NCBI GenBank assembly: GCA_043228905.1
Contig: JBHGNT010000022.1
Location: 8,432,001-8,496,000, forward strand
From: Azolla caroliniana
Lineage: Eukaryota > Plantae > Polypodiophyta
Length of the DNA: 64,000 bases
Reading direction: 5' to 3'
Of this stretch, positions 38,901 to 53,372 are shown one piece after another; within the stretch, counting starts at the first letter, position 1; each line of letters begins with the position of its first letter. The notes below the pieces were generated by a model. The model was given only the letters and a program-made list of their open reading frames with translations, was not told the origin of the DNA and did not search any database. A program made the position numbers and the translations under genes.

Positions 38901-40945
38901 GGTGCATTCCATCTCATCGGTGGTCTTGACCGAAAGGAGGTGCGGTTTTGCTTGCCGGCCAGACAGTCGGTGTACTTCTCAAGTTGCACGTCCTTCACCG
39001 GAATGAGGTTGCCTTTGGCAAGCCTCTTCATCCCCTTCTCACTCATGTGACATAGCCTTTTGTGCCAGAGCTCACCAGCAATGTCAGATGCTACATTCAC
39101 TTCTTCCCGACATATCCGGGCATTCATCAAGTACAATCTGTTGAACTTCCGAGCTCGACCCACTATTAAGCTCCCTTTGCAGAACTTCATGACACCGTTC
39201 CGGATGCTACCTGTGTAGGCTTCATCATCTAGCCGGCCGGCTGATATCAGGTTCAATCGAACCTCCGGAACGTGTGGGACATCCTTTCTCAGCAACTTGC
39301 ATCTGGTTGATGTCATCAACAACACATCTCCTATGCTGATAATTCAACATGTCCCTTCATTCCCCATCTGGACACAACTATGCTCACCGACTGTGTAGGA
39401 TGAGAAGCATTTCCGGTCCGGGGTAAGGTGGAATGACGCTCCAGAATCAACAACCCATGTTGTCTCGTCGATGACAAGGTTCAACTCACTCTCCTCAGTG
39501 ATAAGCATTACTTCTTCTTCAATTGCCGCGATCACCGTCGTTCCCTTTCAGTCTGGTTCTCACCAATCCGAATCATTTCGGTCTGGTGACTTCTTCGAAT
39601 TCGTACTGTTGGTTCCCTTCTCCTTTCGAAAATGCCAATAGTTCTTCTGGAAGTGCCTTGGCTAGCTACAATAGAAGCAAGTTGCCCCCCCCCTTGACTT
39701 TGACCATGTCCCCGACTTTTCCCAGTTCTGGGGACTCCGATTCCTTTGTCTTCCGCGTTCCGATTCGGTAAGGAGGGCTTTGGCGTCAGAGATCACCTCC
39801 TTTTCTTTCCGACCCGCCTCCTCATCTAGCAAGCTTGACTTGACCCTTACTAGGGATAACTGTTTTCCTTCCGACCCGACGTTGTCCAACGTGACAACTA
39901 ACGTCTCCTAGCTATCCGGGAGGGAACCGAGCAGGAGTAGAGCAAGTACCTCATTGGCGAGAGGTACTTCCAACGAGGTTGCTTGGTGTATCAGCCCCTG
40001 GAAGGCATTCATGTGTTCCGCCATACTGGAGCCGTCTTGGTACCGGAGCCTCACTAGCTTCCGAAATACTGAAACCTGATTAACACCATTCTTGTTTTGG
40101 AACATGATACCGATGTTCTCCCAGAGTTCATGAGCCTTGCTCTCTTCATCGAAGTTTTTGTACATGCTCATGTCAATGAAGCACCGGATGTGTGCCGTCG
40201 TCTTCATGTGCATCACCTCCCACACCGTGGCGTCAATCTTATCTGGTCTCTTGTCCCCGAACAGAACCGACAACCAAAGATCTTTAACCACCACCATGTC
40301 CCTCATCTTCGACTTCCACACTGAGTAGTTGGAGCTAGTGAGCTTGAACATGCCGCCAAAAGATTCTTCCATTTTCTGTGTTGTTCGCTCTGATACTAGT
40401 TTGTAGAGTAATGCGCGGAATATCGCTCGGCCACAACCGAGTAGTGAAAACACTTCTGTAAGAATCAAACACAGAAATGGGAAGTGGAGAGTACAAAAAG
40501 AAAAATGACACAGGATGTTTATGTGGAAAACCCTAATAGGGAAAAACCACGGGAGCCCACATACTCAGAACTATCACTATGAAGAGAAAGGGGTACAATT
40601 AGAGACTCGGAGGCAACGAGCTCGAGCTCTGTTTCTTCGCACAATGGCGGTTACAACAGAGTATCACTCTATATCTCTCTCTCTCTCTGTACAACAGTTA
40701 CAGAAATATGACAACAACACACACATATCATGCTAAAGTGATGGCCCTAAGTCATATTTATAGTTATATGAACTTAGGGCTATTTACAAAAATAGTCTCA
40801 ATGGGCTTATTCAAGACATATTTACAAATCTGTCTTCTCTTCTGGTTCTCACCGGGTCTCCTCCGGTTTCCGGATCTCTTCTGGTTCTCACCGGGTCCTC
40901 TTTATTCATCACCGGATCCCATCCGGAGAGACCGATTTCCCAACA
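35962..40945 (-). mobile_element. Ty1/copia family A element with both LTRs, degenerate, TSD GGATC
   Basis: LTRs at 35962-36493 and 40402-40945. GGATC at 35957-35961 and 40946-40950. Mutated Met PBS at 40387-40398 and PPT at 36494-36506. gag-PR-INT-RT(YVDD)-RH with stops. The host RT frame is continuous across the insertion (EERVYMI|QPPGF). Confidence 0.95.
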
Positions 40946-43900
40946 GGATCATATAGACTCGTTCTTCAAGGTCACCTTGAAGAAACACATTTTTCACGTC
41001 CATTTGGTGAAGATGCCACCCCCTTGCCGCAACAACCGCGAGTACCACACAAACCGTCGTCATCTTCGCTAATGGAGCAAAGGTCTCGTCGTAATCGATT
41101 CCGTGGGTTTGTGCATATCCCTTCGCCACTAACCGGGCCTGGTACTGGTTAACCGAACCGTCGGCATTGTACTTTACCTTGTACACCCATTTGCAACCAA
41201 TCGGTTTACAGTGTCGGGGAGGGTCAACGAGGTCCCATGTGTCGTTGTCATCGAGTGCCCGCATTTTTGCTTCCATAGCGGCACGCCAATTTGCGTCCTT
41301 TGCCGCTTCTGCGTAGCTCTCCGACTCACGCACTTCCGCCACTTTGTTCATGTACGCATAGTGATGCGCCATGTACTCATTGTACCCATACCGCGTAACG
41401 AGGTTCTTCATGGGAAGACCGACGTAACTTGGTATCATCCGGTTTGGGGCCCTTCTTGGCCGGTTCGGACTTCGTTCCCGAAGATCTGCCTTCATCCTTT
41501 CCGGAGTCGGATGCGCTCCGATCCGACTTAATGTTGCTGGTTTTGTATTCCGACATCTTCTTCTTCCCCTTCTCTTTGCGCGTGAACCGTCTCCTCGGTT
41601 CCTTGTGCGGGGAGAGAATGACAGAGTCTCCACTACTCGCCGGTTCTTCATCTGACTGGTCATTTTGACCTAGTCGCTCATTTGGTCCGCTCAACCAAAA
41701 CGATTCCGGACTCACTTCTAGAGTCTCCAGCTCGTCCTCTTCTATCTGGACCTCCTTGGACTCACTAGCCTCATCTTCCGGAATCGGCTCTTCGTCAGGA
41801 GTTGGAGTCGGTAAGGAGTACCATAATGCCGACTCATCAAACTCGACATCTCGACTTACTCGGACCTGCTTAGTTCAAGGGTTATAGCACTTATACCCCT
41901 TCTTCTCATGCGAGTAGCTGACTAGGATGCACTTCTCCAACTTCGGATCTAGCTTTTTCCACTTCTCATCCAATACATGCACATATGCTATGGTACCAAA
42001 TATCCGAAGGTGTCTCAAATTCGGCTTGCGCTTGAAATATAGCTTGTGTGTTGACACCTTGTCACTGATCCAGTTTTGGATGTAGACGGCCGTTCGGACC
42101 ACCTCAGCCCAGTAGAAATGGGGCATGCTCTTCTCCTCTAGCATTGCCCTGGCCGCGTCGACAATTGGCCGGTTCTTCCTTTCGGCCACACCGTTTTGCT
42201 CTGGTGTGTACCTACAGCTGAATTCTCTCTGAATTCCGTTCTGCTGCAGATAACTGTTGAATTGGTCGGAAAAGTATTCTTTCCCACCATCCGACCGCAG
42301 GCACTTGATCTTCCTCTCCGTTTCCCGTTCAACCAAGCTTTGAAGGTTCCGGAAACACTCGAAGACTTCGCTCTTCCTCTCGATGAGGTAGATCCATGTG
42401 TGCCGGCTGTAGTCGTCGATGAAGGAGACGAAATACTGACTCCCACCAAGACTACCGTTTTGTGCCGGTCCCCATACATCCGAATGGATTAAATCGAGCT
42501 TATTATGGCTCCGGTTTCGTTCTGTGGGGAATGGAAGCCGATGTTGCTTCCCGAGTTGGCAGGCTTCACAAATTTCGGCCTTCTAGCCACTAAATTTTGG
42601 CAAACTGAAGACCACTTGTTTCAATTGCAGGTCTTGAAGCCTCGAGTAGTTGATGTGGCCGATCCGCTTGTGCCACAAGTTGATGTCCGACTTGACCTTC
42701 TGCCCTTTGGTAAACATAGCGGTGCCAACCTCAGTGGTGTTGAGGATGAACATCCTCCCTTCTCTGTACCCTTGCGCAAGTATCCGACCTTCTTCCTCGA
42801 TGAAGCACCCTAGGTGCGTAAACCGCACCTACATCTCCTGGTCGACGATTTGTCCAATTGACACCAGGTTCTTTGTGATAGTCGGAACATGTAGCACGTT
42901 CATTAGCTTCCCCTTTTGTCTGACATGGCTTAAAGGGACTTCTCCTACATGCACAATCGGGTGAGGGATGTCGTCTCCGGTTTCGACAATCCCAGGTTGT
43001 TTCGGCTCTCCAAAAAAGAGAACTACTCTTCATGGCTCGTCATGTGGTTGGACGCTCCGGAATCAACGTCAGGAGAGACAGAGAGAGCATAACATAAACG
43101 TTTATTCAAAATAACTCTACAACTCTGTACATACAACGTGCTAAACAACACTTATTTATACAAGTCCATAAAGGACTGACAGAAGTACTGACAGGTACTT
43201 CAATATTCCTACGTGCGACTGACACTAACTACGAGACAATGATTACCTAGTAGTCTAGGCTACTACTAGGCTTCCAGTTACCGCTGAAATCCGTCTCCCC
43301 GATCCGGCCGGTTGTTTCCGGATACCATCCGGATACCGATCCGGCTCAGGCTTCTTTAGCCGATCTGGATCCGGTTGAGCTTGCTCGCTCAACAGAACCT
43401 TATATTCGTAGACTAAATGAACCCACTTTAGTGGCCGGTAGAGGCAACTATTGGTGAAGCATGGGGTCAGAGAGTGGGTGATTGAAAGAAAGGGCTTATC
43501 AAAGGATGTCTTGTGTGATATTTGGGTAGGCCTTCCAATGAACTTTTTATGAGCGACGTCAAGATCGGGATGTAGGAGTGAGTGACGATGTTGATGGGGA
43601 TGGGGATGCGTGACGAGAGGAGGGGTTGCAAATGGTTTTGTTGGGAGCATGGTTATGTGAGAAGGTGATTAGGGGGGTAGAATTCTACGGGGACTGTCGG
43701 AGAGGGAGGCGGAGGGATAAGTGGTGTGTGGGGGTTTCATCCCTTGTTAAGGGAGAAGCATTCGTATTCTAAGTCCAAGGAGATGGATCAATGTGGAGTA
43801 TAGTGTGGATGATTAAGCATGGAGATGGATTGCACAAATTGGGAGGCAAAAGAATGAAGCTGATGAAGTACATTGAATTTTGTTGGGAGCACCTTCACTC

Positions 43901-44109
43901 AAGTTGGTATTGATAGGTCATTAGGTACGTGAAGAAGATCAAGTCCAAAAGCTCCATCAGTATGGTCTGTGTGGCTCCTATGTGCTTACACGAGAACATG
44001 TCTATAGATCGATGGAGTTATGCCTCCCATTGATATCATTGTGCCTAGGATTTGGACCAGTGTATACCCTATTGGTTGCAAATAGAGGAAGAGTGGTTGT
44101 CGAACATTC

Positions 44110-44800
44110 TTGAGCTTCTAGCTTAACTAACCTTAAAATCATTATCGCTTACAATTACTCTTCTAGCTTTACTATCTCTTACAATAGAAATAGATGTATA
44201 AGAAAAAGACGACCCCACTTATTATTGCAAAGGAAGGAAATACCCCACTTATTATTGCAAAGGAGGTTTAGCACCGTACAATAGAAGAGATTAGGGTTTG
44301 ACTTAACTAACTCTTAAACTTAATCACTCTTAGCTCTAATAGAAGATTAAGGAGATAGAGTGAAAACTCTTTATACACTAATAGAAAGGGGAAAACTCAA
44401 GATTGGAGAACAGTTAGAAAAGTCACCGAAAGGTGACTCTTACATCTTTTTACATGGTTGGTGGGTTCCTTTCATATTATGCTCTCCATTGGCTACAATA
44501 CTTCCTATTCGGGTTTACTTTATCCCCCTTTATCCTATAGGTTTATTGAGCTTTGTGTTCCTTGTTGGCACCTTTCTCTCCACAACTAATGTCTCTAGTT
44601 CTAGATACTTAATATCCCCCCAAACCCAATGAGTGCACACTCCTAGGAGAAATTCCACTAACCATGTGAAGCCTAGTAATAGTACTAAGCCATCTTCGCT
44701 CTATGGGATGGCTCTAGAGAGGTCTCCAACAATGTTGTGAAGCTTTTAGAGAGTGCCAAAGAGGCGTTGTAGTTGTTCCTCATTGAGGTGCATGATGTTA
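44110..44800 (-). mobile_element. Old copia-like remnant: probable 3' LTR, PPT and RNase H end
   Basis: taatatcccccc PPT/LTR junction at ~44610, followed by degenerate RNase H-like sequence. Boundaries are uncertain. Confidence 0.35.
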
Positions 44801-46051
44801 TGAACACATATAAAAAATCCAAACTCGTAATAGAGACTTAAACCTATGACCTCTTCAAGGAATATGTGTAACCTCAATGAATAGGATAGATTATATTATG
44901 TATATAATTTTTATAGGTTTCATTAGATCATTGAGATACATATATATATTATGAAATGTCACCACCTCGCATGAACTAGTGCATGATCACCAAGTGTCAT
45001 GCTAGCATGAATGACAAGTGGCAATCATGCGTGCTTACAAGGTTTTGAGCATGCATATGTCCAAACCATGCTATATAAATGTGAATCCGAGTATTAATGA
45101 ACTATTCTAGTTCAATGCCAGTCTTCAACATATTCTTGTAAACCTTGTTTTTAGTGTAAAAATATTGCCAAATTTCCTCTTCTCATTCTCTTCTTCACTT
45201 TAAGCTCATTCATGGCTACGACCTTGACACATAGTTAGATAATCTAGGTAGGAGAAACATACTAGGTCAGATATATCTATATTTAGGTCAATCGGTACGT
45301 GAAGCAGGATCATGCTGTCAAGCAATAGGAGAGGAAGGTGTTCAAGAAGGATATCGTCAGTAGTGAGGGGTTCGTCCGTATGATTTTGTGCCGACCGAAT
45401 AGTTGAGGTCGGGTCACGCAATGGTTAGGTAGATGAGGCTACCGATGAAGTGGTGATACTGAATTGGCTCACACTCAGCTGTGCGGGAATCGACATCAAG
45501 CTTGAGATTACGGTCAAGCTAGGTGGACACAGGTTTGCACTCCGTCATCCTGAACCCTACATCCTGAATTGGCTTGCATTTCTTCATTCATCTTGTCGAC
45601 CCATCGTGGATCCTTCACGGCTTCGGAAAGGGTTTTCGGCTCCTGTACTAACGCTACCTTCATCATAAAGGTGTAATGATATGCCATGTACTCGTCATAG
45701 CCATAACGCCTTACGAGGTTCGTTTCTCAGGTGGACCGGCGTAGCTTTTCATTTGCAGATACTAAGGCTTTCTTCACTCCATTTGTCCGGATGTCGAGGC
45801 CTTCGAACTCACTATCGAGGGAGTGAGTCGATTTGTTACCGTCAAAGTCATCATCTTTATACTCCAGCATTTTCGCCTTCGCTTTGTCTAGCTTCGGACC
45901 TGGCCGAGATGCACTTTGATCGCTCGGAGGCTCTTGTGGCCCACTAAGCTTCGTCATAATCGGGCTTTCTTCGAACATGCGCGTGAGCTGATCTTTGGCT
46001 TCTATCTCTATTTCAGTGGATTCCGGGTCAAGCAGAATCAGAGTCGAAGTT

Positions 46052-49000
46052 TGTTGGGATTACGGTCCCTCCGGATGGGATGGTCAGATGTCCGGGAACC
46101 GGATGATGAAGACCCGGTTCCGGATCCGGATGACGAAGACCCCGGCTACGGAGCCGGATGACGAAGACCCCGGCTACGGAGCCGGATGACGAATGTGCCC
46201 GGATAGAGATCCGGATGCGGGGACATATTTGTGAATATGTTTTCCAAGACCCCTTTGAGGCTATATTTGTAAATAGCCCGAAAGTCATATGTGTATAAAT
46301 ATGACTTAGGGCAAACTGTTTAGTGTTGCTGTAAGTTGTTGCTCACTTTATGTTTTCAGCCGAGAGAGGGAAGTGAGAGCAGCCGAGAGAGAGAGAGAGA
46401 GAGGAAGAGGTCGATGCCTCTGTGTATTACCGCCGCTTGTGGCGAAGACAGTGAGCTCAAGGTTGTTGCCTTGTAGCCTCACCATTGTACATCTCTGTGT
46501 ATAGTGATAGTTGGAGTTTGAGGACTCCCGTGGTTTTTCCCATTTAGGGTTTTCCACGTAAAACACCCTGTGTACTCTTCTCTCTATTGTCTTCGTGCAT
46601 TTCGTATTTCCTGTTTTCGGTGAGGTGATCCTATTCCTCGGTTGTGGCCGAGCACTGTGTGCAACAAAGTGGTATCAGAGCACGGTAACACAGAAAATGG
46701 AAGGCGGCAGCAACGGGCAGCCGGGGATGATGGTGTTGAACTCACAGAACTACGCCGACTGGAAGATAAAGATGGAGGACCTTCTCATCGTCCGAGACCT
46801 GTACGAACCGATCGACAATGCCGAGATACCCAAGGGGGTAATTGAGTCGGAGTGGAAGCTCCTGAACCGGAAAGCCGTAGCGACGATCCGGCAATATGTC
46901 GATGTAAGTGTTCTGCAACATGTGGCGAACGATACGAACGCCTATGAGATGTGGCAGAAGCTGTCCGGACTGTATGAGAGGAAGAATGCTCTGACCCGGA
47001 CCTCCCTGATGAGGAAGATAGTGAATCTTAAGTACCGGGACGGCGAGAGCATGGTGGAACATGTAAGCACGTTCATGGGACTCGTGAACCAGCTTGCGGC
47101 GATCAAGTTCCCGTTGGAGGATGCAATGCAAGCCATCATCCTGATGTGTACCCTTCCAGAGAGCTGGGAGAACTTGGTAGTTACTCTCAGCACCTCCTGT
47201 AAGGAAGAGAACTTGTCTTTACTAACGGTAAAGACAAGTATTCTAAATGAAGAAGCGCGTCGGAGAGATAAAGAACCGGCCTCCGACTCGAAGGCGCTGC
47301 TTACCGAATCGGAACGGGGAAGACAACGGAACCGGAGTCCGCAAAGACGGGAGAAGTCGGGGACCCGGTCGCAGTCAAGAGGAAGGCCCACATGCTTCCA
47401 CTGTGGGAAGCCGGGGCACTTCCGAAAGAATTGTCGGCATTACCGAAAAGACAACGGAGCCGACGACACCGATTCGAAGAAGTCACCGGAGCGAAACGGT
47501 GCATACCGGGGAGCCACGGACCGGAGAGGTCCGGATCGGCGAGGGCAGGACCGGAAAGGAACGACGGCACTCGCGGCAAGTGAAGAAGAGATAATGCTCA
47601 TTACCGAAGAGAGGGAGCTGAACCTTGCCGGTGAAGAGATGACCTGGGTGGTCGATTCCGGAGCGTCGTTCCACCTGACCCCGGAGAAGAAATACTTCTC
47701 ATCCTACACAGCCGGTGAGCACGACTGTGTCCGGATGGGAAATGAAGGTACATGCCGGATTGCCGGCATAGGAGACGTGTGGCTGATGACATCAACCGGA
47801 TGCAAGATGCTGCTGAAGGATGTCCGACACGTTCCGGAGGTTCGATTGAACTTGATTTCGGCCGGGAGGCTAGACGATGAAGGCTACACGGGTAGCATCC
47901 GGAACGGTGTCATGAAGTTCAGCAAAGGGAGCCTGATAGTGGCTCGGGCCCGGAAGATCAACACACTGTACCTCATGAATTCCCGGCTATGTCCGGAGGA
48001 GCTGAACGTGGCAGCCGATACTGCCGGTGAGCTGTGGCACAAGAGACTGTGTCACATGAGCGAGAAGGGGATGAAGAGGCTTGCCGAAGACAACCTGATA
48101 CCGGTAAAGCATGTGCACTTGGGGAAGTGTACCGACTGTCTGGCCGGTAAGCAAAACCGGACCCCCTTCCACTCAAGGCCACCGACGAGACGTAGCGCAG
48201 CATTGGAGTTGGTGCACACTGACGTGTGTCAAGTAGAAACGAAGTCACATGGCGGAGCCCAGTACTTCGTGACATTCATTGATGACCACAGCCGGAAGCT
48301 GTGGACGGCACCGTTGAAGACAAAGGACCAAGTGTTGTGCGTCTTCAAAGAAATCCACGCGAGAGTGGAAAGGGAATCCGGCAAGAAGCTGAAAGCGATA
48401 CGAGCGGATAACGGAGGGGAATACTGGGGGCAGTTCCAGGAGTACTGTCGCTCGAAGGGAATCCGGCTCGAGTTTACTGTGCCGAAGACGCCGGAACTGA
48501 ACGGGCTGGCCGAGAGGATGAACCGGACCATAATGGAGAGGGTCCGGAGTATGCTGGCGCATGCGAAATTACCCAAGGGGTTTTGGGCTGAGGCAATGTC
48601 GACGGCGACATACGTGATAAACAGATCACCCTCAGTACCTTTGGACGGAGACACGCCGCAGAGAGTGTGGACCGGTAGGGAAGTATCCTACCGGCATCTG
48701 AAGGTGTTCGGGTGTCTCGCATACGTGCATGTGGCAAAGGACCGGAGAGGAAAGCTAGATCCAAAGACCCGGCCATGCATATTCCTCGGTTACGGCGACG
48801 ACGAGTTCGGCTACCGAGTATGGGACCCGGTCGACAAGAAGATATTCAGGAGTCGAGATATCATCTTCATGGAGGACAAGACACTCGCCGACTGGGAGTC
48901 GGAGAAGAAGATGAAGAGCTCTAAGTCGACCGGTGAGGATCAACTCCACGAAGAGCAGTCCCGACCGGCAAGGGACCGGTTAGCACTCGAGGATCCGGCC

Positions 49001-51037
49001 GAAGACGGTGAAGAAACAGAACCGGCCGAGGAAGATGAAACTGATACCGGAACCAGCCCCGATCCCGAAATGGACTCGGATGAAGAGGAAACGGATGAGC
49101 CGGTTACCGAAGCTCCGGAACGGAGATACCCTCTAAGAGAGAGAAGGGCCCCCCGGAGATTTCCGGAACTAGAGCACGTGCTGCTAACCGACGAGGGGGA
49201 GCCGGAGAGTTTTGAAGAAGCAAAGCTTGACACCCATAGCCGCAGGTGGTTAAGTGCCATGCAGGAGGAGATGGATTCCCTGCATGAGAACCACACATAT
49301 GAACTTGTGGAGTTGCCGAAAGGAAAGCGGGCACTTCGAAACAAGTGGGTGTTCAAGCTGAAACCGGGAGATGCCGGAAACCCCCCGAGATACAAAGCCA
49401 GGATCGTGGTGGAGACTTTCTAATACTCCTCCTGTACGTGGACGACATGTTGATCGTCGGACGGGACCAGGTCAAGATACAGATGCTGAAGAAAGCGCTT
49501 CACCGAACCTTCTCAATGAAGGACCTGGGTCCGGCAAGGCAAATACTAGGGATGCACATCATCCGGGACCGGAGGAAGAAGCAGTTGTGGCTGTCACAGG
49601 AGAAGTACGTGACAAAGGTGCTTCAACGGTTCAACATGTCGGAAGCAAGACCGGTCGGATCGACCCTCCCTACAAACTGCAAGTTGTCCAGCAAGCAAAG
49701 TCCCAAGACAAAGGCTGAGAAGGAGGACATGATAAAAGTACCATATGCCTCTGCCGTCGGAAGCTTGATGTACGCAATGGTGTGTACAAGACCGGACATA
49801 GGATATGCAGTCGGAGTGGTGAGCCGGTACATGAGCAATCCCGGCAAAGAACACTGGAACGCGGCCAAGTGGATACTCCGATACCTGAAGGGCACGGCAA
49901 ACGTGTGCCTCCGATTCGGCTCCGGTAAGCTCGAACTCGACGGCTTTACCGATTCGGATATGTCGGCTGATGCAGATACCAGCCGGTCCACATCAGGGTA
50001 TGTGATGACGTATGCAGGGGGAGCTGTTTCGTGGCAGTCGAGGCTGCAGAAGACGGTTGCGTTGTCAACCACGGAGGCGGAGTACATGGCGGCTGTTGAA
50101 GCCGGCAAGGAAATGATATGGATGAAGGACTTCATTAGAGAGCTCGGTATCCGGCAGGAGGAGTACCGACTCTACTGCGACAGTCAGAGTGCCATCCACC
50201 TTGCGAAGAACGCGGCCTATCACTCCCGGACGAAGCACATCCAGCGAAGATATCACTGGATCCGGGAAAGGATAGAAGACCAGGAGTTCGTGCTGACGAA
50301 GATCCACACGGACGAGAACGGGTCAGATATGCTGACCAAAGTGCTCACACCCGACAAGCTGGAAGCGTGCCGGAAGAGGATCGGATTGGAGAGACATCCC
50401 ATGCCGAAGTGAAGGGGGAGTTTGTTGGGATTACGGTCCCTCCGGATGGGATGGTCAGATGTCCGGGAACCGGATGATGAAGACCCGGTTCCGGATCCGG
50501 ATGATGAAGACCCCGGCTACGGAGCCGGATGACGAAGACCCCGGCTACGGAGCCGGATGACGAATGTGCCCGGATAGAGATCCGGATGCGGGGACATATT
50601 TGTGAATATGTTTTCCAAGACCCCTTTGAGGCTATATTTGTAAATAGCCCGAAAGTCATATGTGTATAAATATGACTTAGGGCAAACTGTTTAGTGTTGC
50701 TGTAAGTTGTTGCTCACTTTATGTTTTCAGCCGAGAGAGCGAAGTGAGAGCAGCCGAGAGAGAGAGAGAGAGAGGAAGAGGTCGACGCCTCTGTGTATTA
50801 CCGCCGCCTGTGGCGAAGACAGTGAGCTCAAGGTTGTTGCCTTGTAGCCTCACCATTGTACATCTCTGTGTATAGTGATAGTTGGAGTTTGAGGACTCCC
50901 GTGGTTTTTCCCATTTAGGGTTTTCCACGTAAAACACCCTGTGTACTCTTCTCTCTATTGTCTTCGTGCATTTCGTATTTCCTGTTTTTGGTGAGGTGAT
51001 CCTATTCCTCGGTTGTGGCCGAGCACTGTGTGCAACA
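46052..51037 (+). mobile_element. Young Ty1/copia family A element, 615-bp LTRs, TSD AAGTT
   Basis: LTRs at 46052-46666 and 50423-51037 (about 5 differences by eye). PBS TGGTATCAGAGC at 46670-46681, PPT at 50411-50420, AAGTT at 46047-46051 and 51038-51042. Confidence 0.97.
46697..50412 (+). pseudogene. Copia gag-pol polyprotein, frameshifted by an internal RT deletion near 49410
   Basis: Open from ATG 46697 through gag, the CFHCGKPGH knuckle, VVDSGAS protease and integrase to ARIVV. A second frame resumes at GGDFLILLLYVDD and runs to the end of RNase H. Confidence 0.92.
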
Positions 51038-53372
51038 AAGTTGTCTTTGGTGCGTACCAGGATGAAAACTTGTGGAATACGATGTCAAGACTTACTCTAG
51101 TTTTTTGAGTTGAGGGGTTATAGCACTTGTACCCCTTTTTCTCTAGTGAGTATCCTACGAGGATACATTTCTCTGACTTTGGGTCGAGCTTTTGTCGTGT
51201 CTCGTCAGGAATATGCACATAGGCGATCGAGCCGAAAATACGGACATGTGATAACTCCGGCTTCTTCCCGAAAAACATCTCATATGGGGTTACGTCGTGT
51301 ACCCCTGAGGTTGTATACCTGTTCATGAGGTATACGGCTGTGTTAGCCTCTTTTACCCAGTATGATTTTGGCAGGTTCTTCTCGTTCATCATCTCCCGTG
51401 GAACCTCTACTATGTGCCGGTTCTTCCGCTCGTCTACTAGGTGTGTGACAACATGAAAATTCTCGTGGGATTCCTTCCTTTCAGAGATACGCAATAAACT
51501 CATCCAAGAAATATTCTTTGCCTCCATTTGATCGAAGGTAGGGTATGTGTCGACCCGTAGTTTTTTCGGCTTCGGCTTTGAACCTCTGGAAGTGTCCGAA
51601 CACTTCGTTCTTCTGTCTCATCGGGTAGATCCAGGTGTGCCTGGAGAAGTCATCGATGAACGTCACAAAATATCGGCATCGGCCGAATGTGGTTGTCTCG
51701 GTACCCATAAATCTGAATGTACGACATCCAAGATCCCTTTGCTCACATTCCGCTCTTTCGGGAATGGATGTCGGTGTTGCTTTACGAACTGGCATGCTTC
51801 GCATACGCCCGTAATCTCCTTCACGGTAAAATTCGGGAGTCCAATTACAACTCCTTTTGATTGCATTTCTGAAGCTTCTAGAGATTGATGTGGCCAATTC
51901 TCTTGTGCCACAAGTTTAGGTCGGTTTCGACTTTGAGGCCCTTTGCAAACATGACCGATTTTACCTCGTTCGATTCGAGGATAAACATATGGCCTTCACA
52001 ACGGCCGTGAGCTATGACTCGATCGCCTCTTTCGATAAAGCACCCATCATTGTTAAATCGTACTTGCATGCCTTGTTCGACAATATAGCCAACCAAGTTC
52101 AGGTTTTTCGTGATGGCTGGGACATGCATGACGTTTTTGAGGTGCGTTTGTTTGACGTCGTTTCTGAATGGGACGTTCCCGATATGCCGTATTGGATGAG
52201 TCATGTCATTACCTGTGTCGACATATCAGGGACGTTCGGGTTTTCGTAATTCCCAACACCAATCTTCATGAAACGTCATGTGGTTGGATGCTCCCAAGTC
52301 AACAAGCCATACATGCACCATTTCACCTTGTGTCGCCATTGAGTGAGCTTTGTGCCTCATCATGAAAATTCTGCTACAATCGTCGTAGTTAGAATTCGAT
52401 GCGTAATTCATGAGTTGTCGACTGGTCGAAGCGGAGTCTCGCTTATTCTTTTGGCACTCCTCTTCGTAGTGGCTGAGTTTTCCGCAATACCTGCATTCAA
52501 TCGGGCTGTTACAATTGTTTGGTCCGGCGTGATGACTCCCCCTTCTGCCGAACTCTCTGGGATTGTTTCTGTTTGCTTGCCAATGGTGGGAGATACGCTC
52601 GTGGGTCTGTCGACCATGACGGGCTTGTCTGAATCGACCTCTATTTCCACGGCCGAAATTTCTTCTATCATCCGACTTGGAGTAGAGCATCAGGCCCTCT
52701 AGTGCATTGCTCCTTTGTCGGGCGTGATTTTCCTCAACCAACAATATTGACTAGAGATCGAAAAAGGTGGGAGGATTCTCTCTCGTGAGGACGACATACC
52801 TTATTGCGCTGAATCGAGGTGCCAAGCCTCCGAGGCATATCTGCACCATTTCTTCGTCATTAATGCAAACATTGATCGACCCGAGGGCATCACACAACTA
52901 TTTGATCTTCAAGGTGTAGCTGCTGATTGACATGTCCCTTTGTTTAATATTGTTCAGCTCCTGATGAAGTTGAAGCTTACGAGCAACTGTATTTGTCGTG
53001 AAGATCTTCTTGAGATTGCCCCAAGCTTCTTTTGGCGTTTTCACCTCTCGAATATAGTCGAGCATGTGATCATGTACGCATGATGCAAGGCAATATAACA
53101 CACGGCTTGCGGTCTGCTCCCATGTTGGGCAGTCGGCGTGTGTCGGGTTGGGTTGCGTTTCGTGAGCTCCTTCAATATAGCTCCAATATCCTTGTCTGAC
53201 AAGGTATTGATGCATCTTGTACTCCCAAGATGCGAAGTTTGTCCTGTCGAGCTTCTCCAAAGGAAAATCGCTTCCCATTTGAGTATTCATGATGATTTCT
53301 TCTCTGTTGCTTCGGTTTGTGCGAATGTTGTGCAATGATTAGCTGGCTCTTTGTGAGTGCAAGCTTGGAACA

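Larger units (their letters stand above)
32255..43394 (-). mobile_element. Ty1/copia family B element, gag/PBS deleted, host to two insertions
   Basis: 3' LTR ~32255-32698 with PPT ctccccctcaag. Truncated 5' LTR 43069-43394 is joined directly to protease VDSGASNHM. Integrase (RSDGGKEY, NGVAERKNR), RT (ARLVAKGY, QMDVKNVFLQG, SLYGLKQAP) and RNase H remnants are present. The left end is approximate. Confidence 0.85.

Noticed and set aside
43255-43650. His/Pro-rich 131-aa ORF
   Set aside because: It crosses an LTR boundary and is low-complexity, likely a decayed TE region.
46742-50307. Many antisense and alternate-frame ORFs over copia pol
   Set aside because: They are shadow ORFs of a GC-rich coding region with no recognisable motifs.
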